A DNA stretch of 64,000 nt from Chiloscyllium plagiosum (Eukaryota): positions 348,952 to 412,951 of the forward strand of contig NC_057745.1 of assembly GCF_004010195.1 (NCBI RefSeq), given 5' to 3'. Position numbers and translations under genes: made by a program. A model generated the notes under the pieces. It made no database searches and was not told the DNA's origin. It saw only the letters and a program-made list of their open reading frames with translations. Positions within the stretch are counted from its first letter, which is position 1; each line of letters starts with the position of its first letter. Positions 1 through 13,089 of this stretch are shown piece by piece.

Positions 1-7
1 CTGTTAC

Positions 8-62
8 CTTTTTGGTGATTGCGCCAAAGTTTGTCGTACGTGTGCCAAGCCTTTGCATGAGC
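8..62 (-). CDS. LCTL: LCTL coding exon 7: AHAKAWHTYDKLWRNHQK(G); the gene continues beyond the left edge
   Basis: AHAxAWHxY motif, CAG acceptor and GTAACA donor, 55 nt. Confidence 0.92.
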
Positions 63-337
63 CTGTGAAACAGAAGTAAATACTTGAAGTGTTAATGAGA
101 TTATGGTTTGTTCCTATTTTACTCCCGCACAATCTTTTAGTTGGATTTCTCAGCTCTCACCCCAGCTTACTGAGCCCTGCCTGAAAATGTACATCGTACA
201 AGTCCAAATGTAGGCTCGGCACAATGGTAACTCTCAAAACACAGGATTTAACAAATTTCAGAAACAGCAGCTCATAATCTAAACCGACATTTCAGTGCAA
301 CACTGAGGAACTGCTACATTGTAAAATGTCCCATTTA

Positions 338-1423
338 TCCACTCCGGGTGGAAGTGGTGTCCTTCTTCATCCGAATGTAAGGATACTAGTGAAAGACGAT
401 CATGTCGTTTTGTGGCTAGTTGATGTTCATGTATCTTGGTGGCTAGTTTTCTGCCTGTTTGTCCAATGTAGTGTTTCTTACAGTTCTTGCAAGGACAACA
501 CATCCATCCTAGGACAAGCCAAACAGAGACACGCACGAGACTTCCTAAAAGCATGGCATTCCAATCGGAACTCTATCAACAAACACATTGACTTGGATCC
601 CATTTACCACCTGAGAAAAATGACAGGAAATGCTATCACTATGGGAAATGAAGTCACCACAGGAAATGACATCACCAGCCCAAGGAAGCTCAAACATATA
701 AATAAAAAGCAGGAAACACCAGCAATGCTTTGTCCGGAGGCACATTTAGCAGGGTGACAAATCGTCTGAAAATGAACCAGGTAAAAACAATGACTGCAGA
801 TGCTGGAAACCAGATTCTGGATCAGTGGTGCTGGAAGAGCACAGCAGTTCAGGCAGCATCCAAGGAGCTTTGAAATTGATCTTTCGGGCAAAAGCCCTTC
901 ATCAGGAATAAAGGCAGTGAGCCTGAAGCGTGAAGAGATAAGCTAGAGGAGGGTTACAGACATCAAACGGTCATCAACGGGGAGGAGATGGTGGGATTGT
1001 CACGGGGGCTTAGTGTTCCCTCACCCCACCCGGGTTCGATTCCAGCCTCGGGAGACTCCCAACTCATCCTAGTTCCAAATTTCCAGCTTCGCACTGTCCC
1101 CTTGACTCGTCCGGACCTGTCCGACCTGCCTAGCTCCTTTTCCACCTACCCACTCCACCCTCTCCTCACTGATCTATCACCTTCATCTCCTCCCCCACTC
1201 ACCCATTGTAGTCTATGCTACTCTCTCCCCACCCCCACCCTCCTCTAGCTTATCTCTTCACGCTTCAGGCTCACTGCCTTCGTTCCTGATGAAGGGCTTT
1301 GCCCGAAACGTCGATTTCAAAGCTCCTTGGATGCTGCCTGAACTGCTGTGCTCTTCCAGCACCACTCTGATCCAGAATCTGAAAATGAACCATCCATCCA
1401 GCTCAGCGAGCAAACCTACATCC
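338..1423. mobile_element. Penelope-like GIY-YIG 3' fragment containing a nested second Penelope-derived element with inverted arms (about 780-1377)
   Basis: HYIGQTGRKL/HEHQLA and AWHS...INKH translations. Outer TSD ATGTCCCATTTA (326, 1424), inner TSD TCTGAAAATGAACCA (765, 1378). Confidence 0.8.
1283..1316 (+). ncRNA. Minimal hammerhead ribozyme motif in a Penelope pseudo-LTR
   Basis: CTGATGA-A-GGGC(TTT)GCCC-GAAAC-GTC, with intact core boxes, stem II and GUC cleavage triplet. Confidence 0.7.
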
Positions 1424-1606
1424 ATGTCCCATTTATTTTGAGAAAATTCCCATGAGGAGGAGCAGAAATGGTCTCCTTAAGTTCTGGCAACCTTTATCCC
1501 TCAACCACATCCAAAAACAAATGAAACGGTCTATTGATACACAATTTTTAAAATCCTTTCAATATATTATGAAATTTTTGAGATTGAGAAATAGGAGAAT
1601 ACTTAC

Positions 1607-1702
1607 TTTAATGATGTTATGACCTGCTCGGTACGCTCCTATTCCTTTCAGTTTCACTCCTGGTGCATGTTGTCCCAATTCATATCCTTCCACAGCTGTG
1701 GA
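1607..1702 (-). CDS. LCTL: LCTL coding exon 6: STAVEGYELGQHAPGVKLKGIGAYRAGHNIIK
   Basis: GYxxGxHAPG motif, TAG acceptor and GTAAGT donor, 96 nt. Confidence 0.93.
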
Positions 1703-3783
1703 CTACAATGAAAAAATGATCAAATGGAATCAGTTCCCACTACTGCCACTATTTGTAGAATAGGGATGGGATCCTGTGGATGTTCCATGTTGGAGGTTCA
1801 GAGTGTAACGAGCATGCAGATGGGCAACAGGCACAGGCTTCCTAACCTCACTTCTGTCAGCAATCAAGAGAAGAAAAATGGGCATTTTCTTCAGCTATCA
1901 GCAAATGTTAGTTGGTGAATATCTTTTATTAGAAAATCAGGCATATCATTTGCAGGATATCGGCCTGTTTTGAACTGAAAACTGGCAAAAGGTGGTGGTG
2001 GGAAAACATTCAACTAAAGAGAAAGTGGAAAGTTTGCACCAAATACAGTTTCTTTTAATTTAGGTTTTATTACTAATTATCCAGAGATAGAACAAGAAGA
2101 AACCTCCAATAAACTCCACTCCAGTCATCCTCAAAGTCCTGAGATTGCTGGCTTTCAGAGATTGTGCTTGTATTCTGCTTTTCAAACTCACACCTGCTGA
2201 ACTAGTCACGATCATCCTAGGCAGGTTATGCTGCCTCTCGAGTTGTGACTTAAAACATGAAACAGCCATAACAATAAAACTGGGTTGAATCTGTCTGTAA
2301 CAAAAGGATAAAAGGCTCCTTTCTGATGATTGTAGAGATCCTGCCATCATTTAGCACTAAATGTGGTAAAAATAAAAGTTACATCAAAGATAATGAATGA
2401 CTAGAGTGTCCAAGATGTCTATCTCCATAGCAATGTAAGTGCTGATCACAGAACCTTGCTTACCCCAAACTAAACTAAACTTCTGCATGTGTTCCTGTTA
2501 ATGCACAAGTATCTCAGTGTGCTAGTACTCTGTACCAGCAATTCTTGCGTGTTCTGACCCAGGATTAACGAGGCCAAAAAAGTTCTTTCTAGTTGGACAG
2601 AATTCACCCAAGGTAAACCAGAGAGTAATAGAGAAAGACCACAGGCTACAGGCTGCAGTCAGGCCACTTCAATCCAGAGTATGAGTTATAGTGACTGAAT
2701 TTGGATGATGTTACTTCATCTACTTACAAAACATTCAAGTAAGATTAAACTAATTTTTGATTTTTCAATTGTGTTTTCATGCAATTTCATTCTTCAATTA
2801 CCATGTAACGCACAACAAATAAATCGCGTCAGGTTATTATTAACTAAACAAATAATATTTAAAGTAATATTTTTAAAAGCCAAGGTTTGGTATAATACAC
2901 TTTCAATATTATATGTGAAAGTAAGAAAAAAATCTTAAGCTTGTGCAATGTGCTGTGTGGAAAATGGCTGCAATCTTTCCTGCATAACAAGAACATTTAG
3001 CTAATCCAGTTCATGGATATGAAGCATTTTAAGATGTTTATGAGAGAAGTGAATAGACATGATGTAAATGGAAATCCTTTTACCCCCTGAGATGGGAACA
3101 CTATGGAGGAAGTTGACAATGCTGTTGCAAAGTCACCACATTCTGTTTCCAAGTTGTAGAGATCGAAGACTTTGATCATTGGTTGAAACATGACCTAATA
3201 AGAATCTGATAAGAAAAGATTAATCAAATAATTCGGAGACCCTGGCTAATGCTCTCTGGGTTCAAATTCCAGCTCAGCAGCTGTTGGAACTGAAGTTTAA
3301 TGAGTAAATTATTTGGAGTTAAAAGCTACTCACATTGTTGATGTATTACATCATATTGGGTGTACTGGACACCATATTTGCAGGATGTTAATGTATTGGA
3401 AGAAGTTCAGAGAAGGTTTACTAGATCAGTGGTTCCCAACTTTTTCAGTACAAAGACATGTGTATACGTTATGTATATATTTAAAAAAATTGTTAACAGG
3501 AGAAACTCAGAGCAAAGGTAGTGACAAACAAACTTACCTCTGAGTTTATGTGGAGGTGTATTATGGGAGATCTACCATTATTTGGTAATAAAGCAGCTAT
3601 TCCAACCTTTTTTCAGAAAGGACACATTCACGGTCATGTGAGAGATATTCACAACAAAGTTTGAAGGTTAGTTTAAAAGAATATGACCAAAGAACATGTC
3701 AACTATAATGGGAAGGAAGAAGACAGTGCCCCAGACAGTGCCATAGACAGTGCCACAGGATAATATTCACCTATACTTTGCTA

Positions 3784-4107
<324 letters not shown>

Positions 4108-4254
4108 CTAAAATATCAAAGATGATCAACTATAGTCACTTTCAGAAAGATTCTATAAGAAAGGCAATTTGACTCATCACATCTGCTCATTCCAGACTTT
4201 AACCAGCCATTTCCAGGTTTGTGTAATCACAGAGTGGATTTTCACGAAAATATA

Positions 4255-4555
4255 TCGAACACAGAACAATACAGCGCAGAACAGGCCCTTTGGCCCTCAA
4301 TGTTGCGCCGACCTGTGGACTATTCTCAACTCGTCCCCCTACACTATCCCATTATCATCCATGTGCTTATCTAAGGATTGTTTAAATCTCCCTAACATGG
4401 CTGAGTTGACTACATTAGCAGGTAGGGTATTCCACGCTCTTACCACTCGCTGCATAAAGAACTTGCCTCTGATGTCTATCTTAAATCTATCACTCCTCAA
4501 TTTGTAGTTACGCCCCCTCGTACACACTGAAGTCATCAGCCTAGGAAAAAGACTT
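4255..4555 (-). mobile_element. CR1-type LINE 3' fragment
   Basis: TRGRNYKL...FFMQRVVRAWNTLP...FKQSLDKHM is the CR1 ORF2 C-terminus. Confidence 0.85.
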
Positions 4556-5363
4556 TCAGCAAAATAAAACTCAGAATCATTGTCTGGTGCTGGGAAGTTG
4601 AGAGATTCAGTCTCCACTGGGAGCACAGACTGTGACAGGGGAAGAGTGAAAGTAGTACATACAGGTGCTATTACAGACTTCAGTGCTAAAGCTTAGAGAG
4701 GGGTAAAATAAGGTTCCTACTCCTGACTGGCAGTAAATATTACAAGAACGGTGAGTTTGTGATTTTCTGGAGAGTATATGATTGCAATTAGCTGTAATGT
4801 CCTTTAACCGTGGTACATTTCTGTGTGTAAGTGCAACACTGGGGGAGATCAGTCATAGAGTGTGGGGACAGGAGGAGCTTGGACTTAGCACTGAGCTGCA
4901 GATCTGTAATTTTACACTGTCAGGGAGATTTGTAATTGTCTGGGAATAGAGTGATTGACTGATTGAATAACATGCAGCAGGATTCAACAGAGCTGTAGAA
5001 TCTTAGGTAACAAGCAACACTTCTGTGTCTCTTTCTGGAGGTAGGAGATAGCTTATTGGGAGAGGCAACAAGCGATACCCAGTATTCATGGAACTCAGGC
5101 CCCTTATATGTCAACATGTTTAAGAGAGGAAAAAAATGTTGAAATAAAACCATAATAGAATTTGTAAGCATTGTAGATAGTTAGTGTTTACCCACGGTGT
5201 GGGAATTTCTTACTGATTTTCAGGACCACTGTCAAATCTGGCATTTATTGCTGGTCCCTCTCCGTCTTTAAAAAAGTGATAGTGCACAGTCAGTAGTTGC
5301 TGTGACACACATACAGATAGACGTTAGCAAGTTACAAATGGTGTTCAAACATTCCACACAGAC

Positions 5364-5473
5364 CTGAGGAAGATCCCCATGGTACAGGGTGACCACCGGT
5401 TGGATGTTGCTCTCCAGGAGGGTATTAATTAGCTCGTTATAATGCATGATTCCTTTGTCATTGATTCGCTCAG
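5364..5473 (-). CDS. LCTL: LCTL coding exon 4: AERINDKGIMHYNELINTLLESNIQPVVTLYHGDLPQ
   Basis: GH1 PxVTLYH.DLPQ motif (Gly replaces the usual Trp), AG/GT boundaries, 110 nt, phase 1 to 0. Confidence 0.93.
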
Positions 5474-6857
5474 CTGTATGATACAGAGAGATAAGAAACA
5501 GATAAACTCTGACTTAAAAAGAAAACAAGTGACTTGACAACAGTAAAAACATTTTCCCCTACCCTTCATTTTAATATTTCCCCACCAACTCTCCTGTGCT
5601 GAATGCACCTTTTTATTTGTGAATACCTACTCCCACAACTGCTTAGAGACAGCTTTGTCGTCATTAGTCTTGTCCAAGGGCAGTGCTGAAGGGAATCAGC
5701 CTTAGACGTGCTGGTAGCAGGAAAAGCTGGGGGTCAGTGCTGAGCTGTGGATTTGTACCCTTACACTAAAGTGGAATCTCATTCCAAGAAGATTTGTAAT
5801 CATCTGGAACACCGTGAGTGACCTTTATAGTGTACCACAAGTAAGACAAGAGAGGAGCACTGCAGATACCTTGAGCACGATAGTAACAGAGCTGTTTGTT
5901 CTCAGTCAAGAAACAGGAATGTGTGGCAGATGACACCAGGCCCTCACTATAACACTGCTCTCTCATAATACTCTTGCCTCTACTCGCTGTTCACTTAGAG
6001 AGCGACTGGTTTCTCACTGTGGGTAAAATCCTGAGGAGAATTTCCAAACTGTCAAAAACAATAAGACAATTGAACTCTTCAGTTTAATTTAATATAAAAT
6101 AAAAGACCTATTTGGTGGGGAGATGATGGCATTGTGATATTTTCACTGGATCAGTAATTCCAATTATCATGGATCATTGTAAAAAAACCCACCTGGGTCA
6201 CTAATACCCTTGAGGGAAAGATATTGGCAACCTTACCTGGTCTGGCCTACGTGGGACTCCAGACCCACAACAATATGGATAATTCTTAATTGCCCTCTCA
6301 AGTGGTTGAGTCAGTTGTTCAGTTCAAGGATAATGAAGGATTGTCAGTAAATGCTGACCTTGCCAGTGACACCCTCATCACATGAAATATCCCAAGTACT
6401 TTCTCTACTTTTGGCTGGCACACCCTAATCCCTAACAAACACAGCAAGTGCTGGACACACTCAGCAGGTCTTTCATCCCCCACAATCATCTGATGAAGGA
6501 GCAGCGCTGTGAAAGCTAGTGCTTCCAAATAAACCTGTTGGACTAAACCCTGGTGTTGTGTGATTTTTAACTTTGTAGAGAAAGGAACAGAGTTAATGTG
6601 TTGAGTCCAATATGATGCTTCTTTAGACCCTAATACCTGTCTGACGTCCCCCTCTACTTCTCCCAGCTCTGCGCCAATCTGTGGGTCCGGACACCCAGCC
6701 TGAATGAAATTCAAGTCAGTTTTCTCTCTGTCATGAATGGTGTAGGCTGGTGTAGGTGTACTTCATTCATTGACTTCAATTAGGAGAAGATTTGATCTGA
6801 GCACTAGCTGAGATTATGACTTCTCACATTACACAACCACAAATTGAGAGATATTAC

Positions 6858-6945
6858 CTTTAATCCCAGTTGGTAGAATTCGAGGCCAGGAGATAGAGAA
6901 ACGATAGTGATTGACTTTAAGCTCCTTCAGTAGAGCAATATCCTC
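6858..6945 (-). CDS. LCTL: LCTL coding exon 3: [29 protein letters not shown]
   Basis: GH1 [10 protein letters not shown] motif, AG/GT boundaries, 88 nt, phase 0 to 1. Not in the ORF track. Confidence 0.95.
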
Positions 6946-7744
6946 CTGGAAGAGAAGCTAGTGTTAACCAGACTTTGTGCAGGAGGAGGAGATTTCATTC
7001 AGCATATTCCTTATTGGGGGAAACATCGAAGCAAATCTGGGCAGTTAACAAAGAGGTTAATGTTTCTGATAGCATCCCTTCTCCAAACTCAAATTTAGGC
7101 AAGGATAAAAAGAATGCTGTAACCAAATAAAACTATTCATTCACTGCTTGGCATCGGATCTGAATATCAACAAGAGGATTTGATGCTGTTTGTGTTGTAT
7201 ACTAGTTATTACCATTTTAAATGCAATATTTTATTGGAAATGGTTCTGGCCAGCTTGTAATCAAGCAGATGTGAATTCTAATCCCATTCTGGTAAATTAT
7301 GAAACTGAATTCAAGATCTGGGTAACCTAAAGAACTCTTGGATTGTTGCAAAAATTCCAATTCATTGAATAATGTTCATCAGGGATGAGGCCATGTCTGG
7401 CTAAGTTGACCTACATGTGACTCCAGTCCATGCTATATGGTTGACTTTTAATGTCACAGAGGAGAGCAACAAGAACAGCTTTTGTCTGTAACACTTACAC
7501 AACAAATTCATAAAACAAAAATCCACAGGTGAATTGCTGTTTTAAGCAACTTTTATTTAACTCATAGATGGCTAAGAGTCAGGACACAAAACTGCCAATA
7601 ATTTGACAATATTGCACAAGAAAGATGCTTGCTATGGACATTGGAATTGCAAACAGAGAATGCTCTCCAATTGCACCTTCCCAAAAGTGACAACATTGTG
7701 TAAAACAAACTGAATCTTGTTATTTGTGTCTTACAAGTAATCAG

Positions 7745-8210
7745 TTTGGTTCAGTTAGTAGCAGACTAACATCTGAGTCACAAGGCTCCAGGTCCAAGCT
7801 TCACTCCAGAGACCCGAGCACAAAAACCTGAGTTGATACTGGAGTGCAGTAATGCAAAGGTTAAACCAACACCCTGTATTGACCTCTTAGGAAAATGGAA
7901 AGAATCCCATGGTCACTATTGGATGAAGAGCAGATTGTTGTCCTGGCAACAATGAAACAAACAGAATTATGTCTCTCAATGCTGCCTTGCTTGGTGTAAA
8001 TTGGCACCCTGTTTCCTCATTCATTACACTTCAATGTTTCTACTTTATTGGCTGTAAAGTCTTTTGGATGAAAGCAAAATACAGCAGATGCTGGAAATCT
8101 GAAACAATGAAGGAGAATACGGGAGAAATTCAGTGGGTCAAACAGCATCTGTGGAAAGACGCATAGCATTGTGGGATATTGTGAAATGTTCTACAAATAT
8201 GCAAGTTGTT
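7745..8210 (+). mobile_element. Decayed DeuSINE (SacSINE1-like) adjacent to LCTL exon 2
   Basis: Deu-domain-like AAGAATCCCATGG.CACTATT.GAAGAGCAG...GTCCTGGC and tail ATTGGCTGTAAAG...ATATGCAAGT. Recognised from memory. Confidence 0.55.
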
Positions 8211-8227
8211 TACATGTGCATTCTTAC

Positions 8228-8388
8228 CTTGAATCTATAATAGCTTTCACAGGATGAATCTCCTGTTTCATTCAAGTGCACTTTTCCTTTCATTCGGGTG
8301 AAAACATCCCAGATACTGAGTCCTTTCCCATCTTGATCCCAAGCCCCTTCGGTCTGGTAAGCAGAGCTTCCCACTCCCCAGGAGAAAC
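8228..8388 (-). CDS. LCTL: LCTL coding exon 2: [54 protein letters not shown]
   Basis: GH1 N-terminal signature (FxWGxxxSAYQxEG), AG/GT boundaries, 161 nt, phase 1 to 0. Confidence 0.95.
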
Positions 8389-8717
8389 CTGAAACCAACA
8401 CAATGCTTCCATGTTGTGTTTCACTACAGCTCATTCATGCACTGAGCAATATTTAGTTTAACACCAAATTGTTCAAGGAATTGTAAACTGAAAAGTTCCA
8501 AAACAGAATAATTAAAAATTCTAGGGCATTACTTTCAGCTCCAAATACGACTATAAATATTTCCAAGAATTATTTCTGTACGCTATTAGTGGCCAGTTCA
8601 ATCCAGGAAACAGTTAAATTAAAACACCAGGCATGATACATGGGAGCCATTCAGTATTTGTACCAGTGCTACTCCCACTTCACCCCCCCCTCCCACTCCC
8701 ACTCCCACTCACCCCCC

Positions 8718-9082
8718 NNNNNNNNNNNNNNNNNNNNNNNNNNNNNNNNNNNNNNNNNNNNNNNNNNNNNNNNNNNNNNNNNNNNNNNNNNNNNNNNNNN
8801 NNNNNNNNNNNNNNNNNNNNNNNNNNNNNNNNNNNNNNNNNNNNNNNNNNNNNNNNNNNNNNNNNNNNNNNNNNNNNNNNNNNNNNNNNNNNNNNNNNNN
8901 NNNNNNNNNNNNNNNNNNNNNNNNNNNNNNNNNNNNNNNNNNNNNNNNNNNNNNNNNNNNNNNNNNNNNNNNNNNNNNNNNNNNNNNNNNNNNNNNNNNN
9001 NNNNNNNNNNNNNNNNNNNNNNNNNNNNNNNNNNNNNNNNNNNNNNNNNNNNNNNNNNNNNNNNNNNNNNNNNNNNNNNNNN
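8718..9082. other. Assembly gap within a C-rich low-complexity tract
   Basis: Run of N. Confidence 1.
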
Positions 9083-9529
9083 ACTCTACCTACGCTCCCA
9101 TAGTATCCCCCCTTCTACTTGACCCCCCATTTCCCATCTACCCTATCCCCTACTGCTGCCTCTTCCAGTCTACCCATCTCCCAATCTACCCCATCTCTCA
9201 CTCTACTCTCTCCCATACTATCTCCCCCCAACTCCCATTCTACCCTCATCTCCAACTCTACCCCACCTGCCATTCTATTCCCTCTCCCACTGTAGTCCCT
9301 CTCCCAAAGACAGTGCTCCAATTTGAAGAGGGAGAGACAAAGATTGAAGGGCTTGACTGTGGGAAACAATCGTATAATTGTGAATATTTTTGCTGAAAAG
9401 GAGCTGCTAGGGAAGGTGATGTGATTGTTGTATTTAGGATTTTAAAGAGATTGATAATGTAAACAATGACAACCTGCTTCACTTGGTGATGATCTACTTT
9501 ATAAAAAGGGTAATATGGAAACTCCTTAC

Positions 9530-9656
9530 CAGGAGGGAAAGTCCCATAGTAGAAAGATCCTCCATGGTCTTTTGTCCAGTCAAACTCTCGAGACAGACCC
9601 AGGGATACCAACAGCAGAAAGGTCTGGGATGCAGTGAGTAGGACTGGTAGATGCAT
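9530..9656 (-). CDS. LCTL: Lactase-like protein (Klotho family, GH1), coding exon 1 with signal peptide: MHLPVLLTASQTFLLLVSLGLSREFDWTKDHGGSFYYGTFPP(G)
   Basis: ATG at 9656 with an in-frame stop three codons upstream, hydrophobic leader, and the SFYYGTFP motif typical of the LCTL N-terminus. Donor G|GTAAGG, phase 1. Confidence 0.9.
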
Positions 9657-9776
9657 TGTTCTTTAGTTAGTGCTGATCGAACACAAGCCACGGTCACCAT
9701 TCAACAAGCTGTTGGCACAAAGAGGGCAGGAGGATCATAAAAACCGATGGGAATTCATGAGGGAACAACAGTCACG

Positions 9777-9783
9777 TTATATA
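9777..9783 (-). promoter_or_regulatory. Candidate TATA box (TATATAA) for LCTL
   Basis: About 120 bp upstream of the ATG, at the edge of unique sequence just before a CR1 fragment. Motif and position only. Confidence 0.3.
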
Positions 9784-9784
9784 A

Positions 9785-10800
9785 ACATTTGTAAAAGGAG
9801 CAGAAATGGGCCATTCAGCCCACCCTATTCCAAGCCTATCCTGCCATTTGATAAGATCATGGCTGATCCATTTGTTTTTCAAGATTCACATTCCCATCTT
9901 TGACCCCTTTGTCTAACAAGAATTTAGTGGGACATGCTTTAAAAATACTCAATGAATCCTCCTATCGCCATCTTCTGAGGCACAGAGCACCAAAGTCATG
10001 CAACCCTCAGACTAAAAGGATGACCCCTAATTTCTAAAAACTGATGCCTTGCTCTGACCCACAAAACGTCATATCTTTGTCCACCTCATCAAGACCATTC
10101 AGTATCTTATCAAACTTCAATCAAGTCCCCCCTCACTCTTCTAAGCTCCAGTGGAAACAAGGCCAGTCAGTCTAACTATTCCTCATAAAGCAATTTATCC
10201 ATTCCAGGTACCAGTCTGGTAAACCCTCGCTGAACTGTCGCCAATGTAGCTACATCCTTACGGTGGAGATCAAAACCGCACACAGTTCGGTGCATCACAA
10301 TATCTTTTATGTTTTAATTCCTCTTATAAAAAAGGGAAGCATCTCATTAGCTTTCTGATTACATGCTGTACTTACAAACCAACTTTCTGGGGCTCATGCA
10401 CTAGAAAGCCTAAAATCTTCTGCATTTTGGATTTCTGTGGTTATTCTCAATTTCAGTAATTCTCTGCTTTTCCATTCTTCCTGCCAAAGTGAACAATTTC
10501 ATATTTTTCCACATAACTCCATTGAATGAACTGGGGATCTTCAGTTCAGAACAGATCAGGCTGATGGGTAAACTAAAAGAGGTCTTTAAAATTATGAATG
10601 GGTTTGATAGAATATGGAGAAGATGTATCCATTTGGAGGAGACCAAAACTAAGGTCCATAAATATAAGGTAGTCACCAATAAATTCAATAGAGAATTCAG
10701 GAGAAATTTACTTACTGAGTGATGAGAGAACATGTAACTTGCTACCATAAGGAATGGCTGAGGAAAATAGTTTAGACACATCAAAGGGGAAAATGGGTGA
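9785..10800. mobile_element. Old CR1/L2-like LINE fragments in both orientations
   Basis: Decayed LKEVFKIMNGFDRI-type ORF2 C-terminal translations. Confidence 0.6.
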
Positions 10801-12590
10801 AGGTATCATGGTCACTGACTCTTGTTCGAGAGACATCCGGTCATGGTTTAACCTGAGGGGAGTGGTTAAGAAGGAAAGTCCTTCAAGATAACCTCAGCTG
10901 ACATAGGAATTGAACCCACACTTTTGACATCACTGTCAAGGAATGTTGTGCTGGAAAAGCACAGTCGGTCAGGCAGCATCCGAGGAGCAGGAAAGTCGAC
11001 ATTTCGAGCATAAGTTCTATTCCTGATGAAGAGCTTAAGCTCAAAACGTTGACGCTCCTGATCCTCAGATGCCTGACCTACTGTGCTTTTCCAGCACCAT
11101 ACGTTTTAACTCTGATCTCCAGCATCTGCAGTCCTCACCGTCTCCTTGTTGGCAACACTGCATCACAGACCAGCTGTCCAAATTAACCAACCCGCCGAAA
11201 ATAGATAGACGTGTGAAATAATGCAATCGAAGGAAATGTCAGTGGGATCGGTTGAAGAATGGAATGCAGTGCAGGTTTGAAGGTAGACCTCTGTGGATCA
11301 TTAACACCACCAAAGACCAGGTTAGCAAGATGGTCTGTTTCTGTTGTACAGTATAAATTTGTTGTAAATAGTTGATATTCAGAGGCACTGTCCTCAGCCA
11401 GGTAACTAAATAACATATCAAATCAGTCCAGTTCAAAGATTTGGCCTCACTTCCCATCCAGGAAGTCAGGACAGTTCCTCATTTCAACATCCAACTGTCT
11501 CTTTACTGATCCAGACTCCAGGCTGCATTTTCCTTGAGTGTAGAATTTTCAGGGGACTGTTAGGGAATATTTGCACAGGTAATCAAAAATATCACTTGAA
11601 TGACATGCTGCATGACGTCGAGGAGGTAAGATGCTAGAAATTAGCATTTTTTGGCATTTCTGCACAGAAAGAAACAACTAAAGATCAAACAACAGTTTCA
11701 ATTTAACAGAAAACATAGAAATTAAATGATGAAATATTGATCCATCTTGATATTAAATATAGAAGTTCACATTTCATAAATCTAAGCAGCTTTGAGTTCC
11801 TTTACACTTCCATGTATCAGGTCACAACACTGCTACAATTGTTGCCAATCTGTTAATATCGTGCATTTGTTTTAAAAATAAAACTTGCAGTAAAGAACAA
11901 TAAACTATGGAATTTCCATGAAAATTGACATCAGATCAACTTTGGTAAATTAATATGACAGTTCAGTTTCTGAGTGCTGGCCGAGGTTCCAGATTTTATC
12001 TTACCTGTTATCCCTTTTTCATTTCTGTAGAATGGGGAGAGAACATGACCTCCAAGCAACTTACAGTGTTCAGAGAATCCACCCAAACACACACAAACGA
12101 CCGCGCAGCCCCAGCCAGCTGCAAATCTAGCCACACTTTGAAGAACAATCCCGCACATTATACATTGAGAGCAAACTCCTGTTGGAATTCAATGATGCGT
12201 TACTGAAATTGGCTGATCTACACACTTCTCTTTGTACGCAGTGAGTTTCCCGTGGTAAGCAAACATTTCTATTTGCTGTTTTTAAACCAACAACTCATCT
12301 GTTTTATTGTTTGATGAAATTACAAAGAGAGGGGACCAGCTCTCCAACATTGATTGGAATAGCTCTGCGTGGAAGCGAATCTCTTAGACAGTGCAGGGCG
12401 GTGCATTTCAGATATTCACTGAAAGTCTGCAAACTCCAATCACTGACCAAGTCATGTTTTTATCGCACGACACCCAAGCCTGAACGGGATTTATACATTC
12501 CAACTATTTGGAAATGTAATTCTTAGAATTTTCATGCTTCTGAAAAGTGGAAAGAAGTGCAGCAAGCATGGACTCGTCGTAAATTATAAA

Positions 12591-12885
12591 GGGGCGGCAC
12601 GGTGGCTCAGCGGTTGGCACTGCTGCCTCATAGCACCAGGGTCCCAAATTCGATTCCAGCCTCAGGTGACTGTGTGGAGTTTGTACATTCTCCCAGTGTC
12701 TGCGTGGGTTTCCTCCCACAGTCCAACGATGTGCAGGTCAGGTAAATTGCCCATGTTAAATTGCCCATAGTGTTAGGTGCATTAGTCACAAGGAAATGGG
12801 TCTGGGTGGGTTGCTCTTAGGAGGTATGGTGTTGACTTGTTGTGCCGAAGGGCCTGTTTCCACCCTGTAGGAAATCTCATCTAAT
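12591..12885 (+). mobile_element. HE1-type tRNA-derived SINE (other copies at about 21245-21420 -, 30820-31110 +, 49705-49995 +, 51287-51585 -, 54133-54430 +)
   Basis: GGCGGCACGGTGGCTCAG A box, TTCGATTCC B box, and a 3' tail GCCGAAGGGCCTGTTTCC shared with the CR1 LINE ends in this window. Confidence 0.85.
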
Positions 12886-13089
12886 TCTTACTGCCTTGCT
12901 AATTGTATGGAGGGAATTGTTGTTGTAATTACCTTTAGCTTTTGTTGGAATTCTGACCTTTCAACAGTTTGAGGAGAGATGGAAGAACAATCCACATCTG
13001 GCCAATCCTGCAGCTGTGTATTAAACCTAGACCACAGGGCCACTGCTATCATCTTCACCCAATGTCCCTGAATGACAGAATGAACCAGC

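Noticed and set aside
3721-3757. Three copies of a 12-bp unit (AGACAGTGCCNN)
   Set aside because: Ordinary short tandem repeat with no spacers, not CRISPR-like.
4620-5900. Loosely repeated blocks (CTGAGCTG...TTACACT...GATTTGTAAT) on both sides of LCTL exon 4
   Set aside because: Too diverged to define, and most likely copies of an old interspersed repeat.
12591-12670. tRNA-like A and B boxes as tRNA genes
   Set aside because: These are SINE heads, followed by SINE body and LINE-like tail, and occur in many diverged copies.
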